A stretch of DNA of 63,860 bases, the filler included, from Reclinomonas americana ATCC 50394 (Eukaryota): NCBI GenBank assembly GCA_048213135.1. It is 6 parts of 4 records of this genome, joined end to end, with 100 filler letters (N's around TTAATTAATTAA, not from the genome) between each part and the next. Parts side by side here need not be neighbours in the genome. Positions count along the whole stretch, not along the records: positions 12,822 to 26,806 come from PS015268.1; positions 26,907 to 57,849 come from PS015268.1; 4 more parts are not named here. One strand, 5' to 3'. How positions within the stretch are numbered: position 1 is the first letter of the stretch; each line of letters begins with the position of its first letter. Below the pieces are notes generated by a model. The model was not told the DNA's origin and made no database searches. It saw nothing but the letters and a program-made list of their open reading frames with translations. The translations under genes were made by a program, and so were the position numbers. Below, one piece after another: positions 23,784 to 33,844 of this stretch.

Positions 23784-26509
23784 ATGGGTGGAGCGCAGAG
23801 CAGAGGCAGGTGTGTGTTGCGTGTCATCATCACTCCTCACTACTGGTTCGCTGTACATCATCTTTGACCTGCGTGACAGGAAGCGAGCATGGTTGATGGC
23901 GGAGGAAGGCGATGTGAAGGCACTGCGCAAGTTGGTGGTGCGTGAGGGCGCGCGCACTCTGCTCAAGAAAGAGGAAATGAGGATGGATGGCCGTTCAACA
24001 TTTTACTTTGCTGCTCAACAAGGCCATCTCCCTGTGTTGGAGTATCTGTGGGAGGAGAGTGGCGTCGGGCCGCTCCTCTCATGCAAGGTCGACGACGGTG
24101 GTGGGACGCCGCTGATGCAGGCTGCGTTCAATGGGCATCTGCAGGTGGTCGAGTGGCTGCTGGCCGATGAGCGACGATGTCCACCAGAGATAGTGCGGGC
24201 GGTCGACCGGGGTATCCGGTGGACTGCAGTGCACTATGCTGCCTACAATGGTCACGAAGCCATTGTGCGACTCGTTGCCACTCGCGAGCCCATCATCATT
24301 TTCTGGGTCGACAAGAAGGGCAAGACGGCGGCTGAGGTGGCACGCGACCGAGGCAGGCAGCAAGTGGCCGAGTTGCTCGACCGCCTCGATGCAGAGCACT
24401 CCGCTGTACGACGTCAACAACAGCCTCGATCTCTTTCTCCACCGCCGCCACCGCCGCCACCACCAGCAGGTGTGTGTCTAATGTTTGCTTATCTCCGTGT
24501 GCCATTTCGTTTCTTAGCGCTGTTCGACTACAGTGTCACGCGCTGGTCCTCGACAGCGGCGGAGGAAAAGAGCCTTTGAGATGGCGATTGACGGCAATGT
24601 TCAGGCACTACGCGAGTTGGTGGCACTCGAGGGCGCCGATACTCTGCTGAGGAAAGAGGAGATGGTTGTTGGGAGATCAGCGTTCCACTACGCTGCTCAC
24701 AGAGGCCACCTCTCTGTGTTGGAGTATTTGTGGACTGAAAGTGGGGTGGGCCCACAACTCGCCCAACTTGTCGACGACCGTGGCGTGACGCCGTTGACGG
24801 CGGCTGTCCTCAACAGACATCTGGATGTGGTGGAGTGGTTGTTGGCCGACGAACGACGTTGTTTGCCGGAAATGGTGTGCACGGTTACAAACGATCAACA
24901 GGATTATCCACAGTCCAGCGCCCTACATTTCGCTGCTAGGAACGGCCACGAAGCCGTTGTGCAACTCCTCGCCACTCGCTATCCCACCCTCATTCTCATG
25001 ACTGACTGGGCGGGCAAGACAGCCGCTCAGCGAGCTCGTGAGCGCGGCGGCAGGCACGAAATGGCCGCGTTTCTCGATCGTCTCGCTGCACAACTAGAAC
25101 CACCCCCACAACAGCAACAACAGCTACCGCCACAGCAGTCGCAGTCTCTCCCATTGTCATCAGCGCCACCGCTGTCTTCATCAGGTGCGCACTTTGTCAG
25201 GTGCAGATTTGATGTTGCTGAGTGCGTGGCTTCTCACCAGTAGTTGCAGATGTGGTACCAGGTGGTCTCCCTCGACAGCAACTGAGGGAGCCAGCTTGTG
25301 TGATGGGAGCAAAGGGCGATTTGGAGGCACTTCGCGAGTTGGTGGCGCGAGAGGGCGCACTCATTCTGCTTAGTGCGGAGGAGACTGCCATTGGCTTTAC
25401 TGCATTCCACGCGGCCGCTATGAGTGGCCACCTCTCCGTGTTGGAGTACTTGTGGGAGGAGAGTGGCGTCGGACACCAACTCGCACACATGCTTGACTTC
25501 AATGGCGGGACTCCATTGATGGGGGCTGCCGGCAGTGGACAGCTGCAAGTGGTGGAGTGGTTGCTTGCCGATGAGCGACGATGTCCACCGGAGATGGTGC
25601 GGGTGGTCGACATGTACCAGCAGACGGCGCTGCATTGGGCTGCTTCGGGTGGCCACGAAGCCGTTGTGCAGCTCCTTGCCACTCGCTATCCCGACCTCGT
25701 TCCCATGGTCGACGGGGCGGGCAGGACAGCGGCACAAAGGGGTCGCAGCGGAAAGCATGAGCAACAGTTGGACGAGGTGCTCGATTGCATCGTTGCACTT
25801 CAAGCAGCGCGGGCCCCGCAACAACAGTCGCAGAGTCTCCCATTGCCATCAGGTGTGCACATTGTCAGCTGCAGATTTGTCGTTTCTGGGTGCATGTGTG
25901 CATGACTCACCAGCAGTAGCAGATTCGGTACCAGGTGGCATCCCCCGACAGCAACCGAGGGAGCCGGCCTGTCTGATGGCATTGGAAGGCGATTTGGAGG
26001 CACTTCGCGAGTTAGTGGCGCGAGAGGGCGCACAAACTCTGCTCAAGAGAGAAGAGATAACTGTCGATGGTGGCTCCGCATTTTACTATGCCGCTGCCAC
26101 TGGCAATCTCTCTGTGCTGGAGTACTTGTGGGAGGAGAGTGGTGTGGGGCCTCAACTCGCTCAAATGGTTAGAGACAATGGGTGGACACCACTGATGGGG
26201 GCTGCCGACAGGGGACAGCTACAAGTGGTAGAATGGTTGCTGGCCGACGAGCGACGGTGTCCGCCAGAGATGGCGCGGGCGGTCAACAGCAATCAGGAGA
26301 CTGCGCTGCATTCGGCTGCTTCTGGTGGCCACGAAGCCGTTGTGCGACTCCTTGCCACTCGCTATCCCGACCTCATTCCTGTTGTCAACAAGGTGAGCAA
26401 GACGGCGGCTCAGAAGGCTCTCGACTGTGGCCATCAACGAGTGGCCGAGCTACTCGACCGTCTTGCTCCGCAGCGATCGCCACGGCAACGACGACGGCGG
26501 CCGCGATAG
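23784..26509 (+). CDS. Predicted N-myristoylated ankyrin-repeat protein with four duplicated ankyrin-module exons (~824 aa)
   Basis: Exons 23784-23809 (MGGAQSRGR), 23880-24469, 24534-25184, 25241-25852 and 25914-26509 join in frame. Each module has LRELVAREG..F..AA..G.L.VLEYLW.ESGVG..TPL..A..VVEWLLADERRC..TALH.AA..GHEAVV.LLATR.P..KTAA and a Pro/Gln linker. Confidence 0.85.
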
Positions 26510-28516
26510 CACGTGCAGACAAAGCTTGTCGAGGATGGAACGATCGGGTGGCGCAACTTGCTACGACGAGTTGCTTATCGGCAACGAGAAGCAGTGATGA
26601 AGTCGAATGAAGAGGTCAGATCAAGATGCGACAGTCCTGCTGGCTACCCGCAACACTGCACTTGCCAGAGTAGAATGAGAAGGAGGAGAAAGAAGAAGAA
26701 GAAGGAGGAGGAGGAGAAGGAGGAGGAGGAGGAAGAGGAGGAGGGGGAAGGAGGAGGAGGAGGAGAAGAAGAAGAAGAAGAAGAAGAAGAAGAGAAGAAG
26801 AAAGAANNNNNNNNNNNNNNNNNNNNNNNNNNNNNNNNNNNNNNNNNNNNTTAATTAATTAANNNNNNNNNNNNNNNNNNNNNNNNNNNNNNNNNNNNNN
26901 NNNNNNAGGCGAGGTGGCACAGTACACTGCGCACACATCCCATGAGTTCTCTCCGAGAAGTCTTGCTGCACCTCTCCATTTCTTCGTCTTTCTGTACAAA
27001 CAGTGCACAGAGAGACGGAGAGACAGCGCAGACAGAGACACACACTCTTGGCGAGTGCGTCTCTCGTGCTTGAGCGGGGGGGTGGGGGACAAAGTATTAT
27101 TTCTTTTGGGACCGGCATTTTTTCTTTTGGCCTGGCATTATAACTTTTCGGCCCCTGCTGCCCAAGCGACCCCTACACTCGTCCGCATGCTTCTGCCACC
27201 AGCGCAGCCTTCGCGACACTTGAAATTTCACATCGTCGAAGCCGTAAAAGTCGAGTTCCACGCGCGCGCGCCCCTCTCTATGTAAAAAGACTAGCACTTC
27301 TATGAAAGTGTTGCGCGCGGAGCGCGCCGCTATTTTTTTCTCCCCAGAATAGGGCTGCGGTGAATTACAGTTCCGTCGATCAGACAGATTGACTTGTGAA
27401 CTTCGACGCTTTGTTTCTCCCCAAAGCCAACTTGTCGACTGTCCTCGGACAGCGGGCGCTTGTAGAACCTAGTCACCTACGTAGCTGCTGCGTCAAGTCC
27501 CCCAACACGTTCATGCTAGGCACAAAAAGGCAGCCGCCTCGAATTTGAACCACGTTTCCTGCCGTTTCTAGGCACTTTACAACGAGTCATTATATGTTTT
27601 TCTCGATCAGCATTATTTCTTTTTGCTTCGGAATGCCGGGCATTATTTCTTTTAAAGTATTAATACACCGACCTACNNNNNNNNNNNNNNNNNNNNNNNN
27701 NNNNNNNNNNNNNNNNNNNNNNNNNNNNNNNNNNNNNNNNNNNNNNNNNNNNNNNNNNNNNNNNNNNNNNNNNNNNNNNNNNNNNNNNNNNNNNNNNNNN
27801 NNNNNNNNNNNNNNNNNNNNNNNNNNNNNNNNNNNNNNNNNNNNNNNNNNNNNNNNNNNNNNNNNNNNNNNNNNNNNNNNNNNNNNNNNNNNNNNNNNNN
27901 NNNNNNNNNNNNNNNNNNNNNNNNNNNNNNNNNNNNNNNNNNNNNNNNNNNNNNNNNNNNNNNNNNNNNNNNNNNNNNNNNNNNNNNNNNNNNNNNNNNN
28001 NNNNNNNNNNNNNNNNNNNNNNNNNNNNNNNNNNNNNNNNNNNNNNNNNNNNNNNNNNNNNNNNNNNNNNNNNNNNNNNNNNNNNNNNNNNNNNNNNNNN
28101 NNNNNNNNNNNNNNNNNNNNNNNNNNNNNNNNNNNNNNNNNNNNNNNNNNNNNNNNNNNNNNNNNNNNNNNNNNNNNNNNNNNNNNNNNNNNNNNNNNNN
28201 NNNNNNNNNNNNNNNNNNNNNNNNNNNNNNNNNNNNNNNNNNNNNNNNNNNNNNNNNNNNNNNNNNNNNNNNNNNNNNNNNNNNNNNNNNNNNNNNNNNN
28301 NNNNNNNNNNNNNNNNNNNNNNNNNNNNNNNNNNNNNNNNNNNNNNNNNNNNNNNNNNNNNNNNNNNNNNNNNNNNNNNNNNNNNNNNNNNNNNNNNNNN
28401 NNNNNNNNNNNNNNNNNNNNNNNNNNNNNNNNNNNNNNNNNNNNNNNNNNNNNACCCCCCCTTGAGCGCGCGCGCGTGTGATGTCCTGTGACTCCTGAAG
28501 TTGCGATCTTTCAACG

Positions 28517-29109
28517 ATGGGTGCAGCGCAGGGCAGTAACAGGTGTGCCCTCGTTGTTGTCACGCTCTCCCTCTCCCTCCCTCTCTCACACCACCACCCC
28601 CACACAGACATAAAGCCTGGGAGTTGGCAATGTACGGCCACATTGACACACTGCGCGAGTTGGTCGCGCGCGAGGGCGGCCACACTCTGCTGCAGAGAGC
28701 CGACATGGATGGCAATGGCCGCTCAGCATTTCACTGCGCCGCCTGCTTTGGCCGCCTCCCCTTACTGGAGTATCTGTGGGAGGAGAGTGGTGTCGGCCCA
28801 CAACTCGCACAGCTGGTCACTGATGACGGGTGGACGCCACTGATGGTGGCTGCCTCTTCTGGGCATCTGCATGTGGTCGAGTGGTTGCTGGGTGATGAGC
28901 GACGATGCGGAGTGCCAGGGGCGGTCTCCAATGATGGGGATCAGTGGACTGCGCTGCATATGGCGGCCGCGAATGGTCGCGAGGACGTGGTGCTTCTCCT
29001 TGCCACTCGCTTTCCCGACCTCGTTCGTGTGGTGGATAAGCAGGGCAAGACGGCGGCTCAGGTGGCGCGCGACAAGGGCAAGGAACGAGTGGCCGAGTTG
29101 CTCGACTGA
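28517..29109 (+). CDS. Single-module paralogue of the myristoylated ankyrin protein (175 aa)
   Basis: Exon 28517-28542 (MGAAQGSNR, same 26-nt length as in the first paralogue) plus exon 28608-29109, with the same LEYLWEESGVG / VVEWLLGDERRC framework. Confidence 0.85.
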
Positions 29110-29200
29110 CACCAAGCAGCAGCAGGCGCGGATTGGAGGCCCTCTTCGCACAGACGCGTTGTGCCATACTTCTGTCGCAGCGAGGCGGCGAGTGGGATGT

Positions 29201-29654
29201 GCATGTGGTGGAGTGGTTGCTGGGCGATGAGCGACGATGCGCAGTGCCAGGGGCGGTCTCCAATGCAGATCAATGGACTGCGCTGCATGTGGCGGTCGCG
29301 AAGACGTGGTGCTTCTCCTCGTCACTCGCTTTCCCGACCTCGTTCGTGTGGTGGATAAGGAGGGCAAGACGGCGGCTCAAGTGGCGCGCGACAAGGGCAA
29401 GGAAAGAGTGGCCGAGTTGCTCGACTGACTCCAACAAGCAACAGGCGCGGATTGGAGGCCCTCTTCGCACAGACGCGTTATGAGGCTGCATGTGGTGGAG
29501 TGGTTGCTGGGTCTCCAATGATGGAGATCAATGGACTGCGCTGCATATGGCGGCCGCGCATGGTCGCGAAGATGTGGTGCTTCTCCTCGCCACTCGCTTT
29601 CCCGACCTCGTTCGTGTGGTGGATAAGGAGGGCAAGACGGCGGCTCAAGTGGGG
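29201..29654 (+). pseudogene. Two degenerate tandem copies of the 3' half of the ankyrin gene
   Basis: 29201-29479 repeats ~28869-29160, including the stop and 3' flank, with deletions and a frameshift. 29488-29654 is a second, internally deleted copy truncated after KTAAQV. Confidence 0.8.
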
Positions 29655-31015
29655 TGGATAAAATTGTTCCCCAAAGGCACACTGAACACCCGGACAGTCC
29701 GACCTCCTGGACAGTCCTGCTCGCGCGACTGTTAAAGGGGGTGGGGGGTGCTGGTCAACTTGCGACGGCCGCCGGTGGTGCATTTCATGGTTTAATTCAG
29801 CACGGTGAATTGATATGTGTAGATTGGCTCTTGCCCTACAGGTATGCAAAGCAAGAAGGCGAACGGAGTTAGCACCGATGAACGGCATCGCTCGGTCGGT
29901 GGCCTCTACGTTCACTGGTTTCTAGACGCGAAGGTGGTGGCGGGAAAACGCAGGAGTGCAAGGAGTGCTGGCTTTTGCATGAGACAGCTTCCACATGGGT
30001 CGGTACAAGTATCTAGACGGGAAGAGGGGGATGGACACGTTTGCTGCGTGATCTGTGGTCACCGAACGCAGGTGCACTTCGCACGCCTTGATTCTCCGGG
30101 ATGCGTCGCAAAAGATGCGTGGTGCGCTGCACTGCACAGACGATATGCGGCATCGATGCAAGGCACAAAGCTGCGTTTGCAGGTGCTGCTGTGATCGCCA
30201 GTGCAGACGGCACAGAGCGGTACACACCCCGGGCCCCAGTGCTGCCTGGAAAAGTCGGAAAATTACACGCCTGGAAACGGGACGCTGATTTCTCTGTGCC
30301 ATCGTTTATCACGCGCGCTTCTTGCTTGCAGTGCTGTGACATGATGCGAAGAGTGCTGCTTTGAATGGCTCTGCACTCTGCATTCTGTGTGTGACATTCA
30401 GAGAGATGCGGTCGGCATCTCGGTCAGGTGTGTGTGGGGGTAAACTTTGGAGAGATCAGAGGGAGAAGGTGGTGAANNNNNNNNNNNNNNNNNNNNNNNN
30501 NNNNNNNNNNNNNNNNNNNNNNNNNNNNNNNNNNNNNNNNNNNNNNNNNNNNNNNNNNNNNNNNNNNNNNNNNNNNNNNNNNNNNNNNNNNNNNNNNNNN
30601 NNNNNNNNNNNNNNNNNNNNNNNNNNNNNNNNNNNNNNNNNNNNNNNNNNNNNNNNNNNNNNNNNNNNNNNNNNNNNNNNNNNNNNNNNNNNNNNNNNNN
30701 NNNNNNNNNNNNNNNNNNNNNNNNNNNNNNNNNNNNNNNNNNNNNNNNNNNNNNNNNNNNNNNNNNNNNNNNNNNNNNNNNNNNNNNNNNNNNNNNNNNN
30801 NNNNNNNNNNNNNNNNNNNNNNNNNNNNNNNNNNNNNNNNNNNNNNNNNNNNNNNNNNNNNNNNNNNNNNNNNNNNNNNNNNNNNNNNNNNNNNNNNNNN
30901 NNNNNNNNNNNNNNNNNNNNNNNNNNNNNNNNNNNNNNNNNNNNNNNNNNNNNNNNNNNNNNNNNNNNNNNNNNNNNNNNNNNNNNNNNNNNNNNNNNNN
31001 NNNNNNNNNNNNNNN

Positions 31016-31497
31016 AGGGTGCTGCAGTGGTGGATGCATTGCATCTCAGCACACGGTGAGGGAGGTATCTTCGGTTCCTCGCTCTTGCATGTGGAGAGAT
31101 CGACTCAGAGAGGGACAGGGCGGTGAGCGAGAACAGGAGTCGACACAGCGAGGAGGGGGAGGGTGCTGCAGTGGTGGGAGCATCGCATCTCAGCACACAG
31201 TTAGGGAGGTATCTCCGATTCTTCGCTGTTGCATGTGGAGAGATCGACTCAGAGAGGGAGAAGGCGGTGAGCGAGAACAGGAGTCGACACAGCGAGGAGC
31301 GGGGAGGGTGCTGCAGTGGTGGATGTATCGCATCTCAGCACACAGTGAGGGAGGTATCTCCGGTTCCTCACTGTTGCATGTGGAGAGATTGACTCTAGAG
31401 AGGGATGGGGCGGTGAGACCGAAGGGTCTCACCGCCACCGCTTCAAGAGCAAGAGTCGGCACAGCGAGGAGGGGAGCTCGAGGGTGCTGCAGTGGAG
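31016..31497 (+). repeat. Tandem satellite with a ~145-bp unit
   Basis: Units start AGGGTGCTGCAGTGG at 31016, 31160, 31305 and 31481. Related sequence before the gap (~30450) suggests the array continues through it. Confidence 0.9.
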
Positions 31498-31589
31498 TGA
31501 AACCATTCACCACCAAATGAAACAATATACAAAAAAACAATATACGTCTGCACTCCTCGAAACTCTTGAGACCTCCAGCATTTTTTTGT

Positions 31590-32240
31590 GTTTCCGACAT
31601 CGATTCATATACGATGGTGTGTCGCCGTCGTCGCCGACGCCGTGTTGCCTTTGGGGAACTTCGAAGATGCCTTCGGGGCATCCTTTGAAACTTGTGTGAG
31701 CAGAGCGTACAAAACAGAGAAGTGAGGAACCGCATGCGCAGTCGTGAATGGTAGAATGTGGCTGATAATCTGCTCTCCAAGGCCTCTCTTTCTCTCACTC
31801 TCTTCCTCCTGTCTATTGATGCGCTCGCAGCGGTGAGACTGGAGTGCAACAACAAAGAGCGCGCATAATTGCACCAGCACGGCCTGCTTGCGCGAATCCG
31901 GACACCAATTCCCATACACAATGCATGATGCAGCAGTGTCCGCCTCTGTGCTCATCAGTCTCCAGCTCAGGCAACACCTATGGATGCGAGGTGGCATCGA
32001 GGGACATGTATCCGTCAGTCGCTGTGGAGGGTACAGTCGCAGAGGCGACGACGGCAGGGGTTCGATATCTGGAGAAATGAATATGATCGACGGAAAATCA
32101 AGCATGCACACTCTCCACTGGCACACACACAACCAGAGCGACGTCACTGTGGAGAGCGCGAGCAGGCGCTTCTGGCAAGACTGCGCATGTCGCGTGGTGG
32201 GCACTTTGATTGGGCATCATGGCCTTCGATATTAGCCTTT
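31590..32240 (+). mobile_element. Possible highly decayed RNase-H-bearing non-LTR retrotransposon relic
   Basis: Scattered fragments IYDG, NVADNLLSKA and REQALLARLRMSRGGH loosely resemble RNase H motifs and the downstream LxRLRxGH motif. No intact ORF. Confidence 0.2.
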
Positions 32241-33417
32241 TTGGGCGACTCACGCGCTGCGAGAATTTGGGGTCGTCGAACGCACACTCTTTGTTTCGCT
32301 GCGGTTTCTGTACACACACCCACACACGCATAGCACCTCTCGTTGTAGCAAACTGCCCCACAAAGCGGGAGGAGTTAGTTGTGTGCTGCGTCCTGTTGGG
32401 CGAAAATTGCAGCATTCACGACAGTTTGTTTTGCGCTTTCCTCGCGGTGAGTTCATGTGCCACACATTGTGGCTGTGGGAGACGTGCACATGCACTGGCA
32501 TGCGAGACACCCTCTAGAAAGTGTGCGCGCACGAGCAGCGCGGATGCATCGCGATCGATATGTCAGCAACAGAGATTGCAAGTGATCACTCTCTCTCTCT
32601 CTCTTTTCCCTCCCCTCTTGTGCGCTCTTGTTTGTGTGACACCTGACACTCTCCGGAAGCACACCCCCCTTTTCTCCATGCCCACGCATGTGCACTCTCG
32701 CGATCGCTCACTGCGCATGCGCTGCAATCTGTTTCGTCGCTTTTTGTGAGCAACCTTCGCACCCCTCGTGCACACAGTCGCGCGTGGCACTCAGTGTGTG
32801 ACACATACACGCACACACATGCGGCGCACACAGTGCGGCCATGCATAGGCGAGTGGGTCTTGCACAGTGTTTGTTTTTCATCTCCGTTTTCCGAAAGCGG
32901 TAATGCTTTCTTGTTATACTGTGTATTTTAGTGTGGTTCTCACACGCACTCACAATCGCTGTCACTATCGTGTGCGTGCGTTGTGTGTGTGTGTGTGTGA
33001 GAGAGAGAGTGCATGCGCATGCAGCGTGAATGCGCGAGCTTTTACTTGATCATGATGACGTCGTGACACGGGAGCCCGCCATGTCTTGTTTCCACTCACT
33101 CACACTCACTCTCACTCACTCTCACTCTCTCTCGCTCTCTATAACACATGTTTTTCTCTGCTCGAGTGTTCGCCCATAATGCATGCATATGCATTTGGAC
33201 TGTAGTACAATTGCAATGTCTTACGCATGCCAGCAGGCAGTTATATACATGGTCATTAGTTGGGTGTGTGTGTGTGGAAGAGAGTGTGACTTTTGGGACC
33301 TCTCGCAAGCATTGCCCTCTATCCTGCTTTCTCTGCAGGCTCTCCTTTGCTCTTTTCCCTCTTTTTTCCGAGCGCTTTCGAATTCTCAATCATGAGAGAC
33401 GAACCTCTTCCCAGGTC

Positions 33418-33524
33418 ATGCGTTGGCTACTGTGTGCCGTGTGCCTCGTGCACCTCGGCGCAGTTCTCTTCGCTGGTTAGTGAATATGATTGATCGGTCT
33501 CACACATTCGCACATGTTGTGTCA

Positions 33525-33601
<77 letters not shown>

Positions 33602-33797
33602 ACGTCTCTTGAGCGCTGCGATGTCAATAGTGCTTGCACCGTGGCGAGCATGCAGTTTGTTCCTTTCGTATTGTTCCTCACTGTATTCCCTCCATAGCCG
33701 CCCAGACCACTGCTTTTGCTCCTGGAAGCTCAGCAGCACCAGAGCGGTTCCAGATTGTCAAAGCCGTGGGCGAGGATGGTGCGTGTATATATTGCAA

Positions 33798-33844
<47 letters not shown>

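Noticed and set aside
31016-31497. Regularly spaced repeats as a possible CRISPR array (also 57950-58725 and 63330-63705)
   Set aside because: Whole units are homologous with no unique spacers, there are no cas genes, and the context is eukaryotic.
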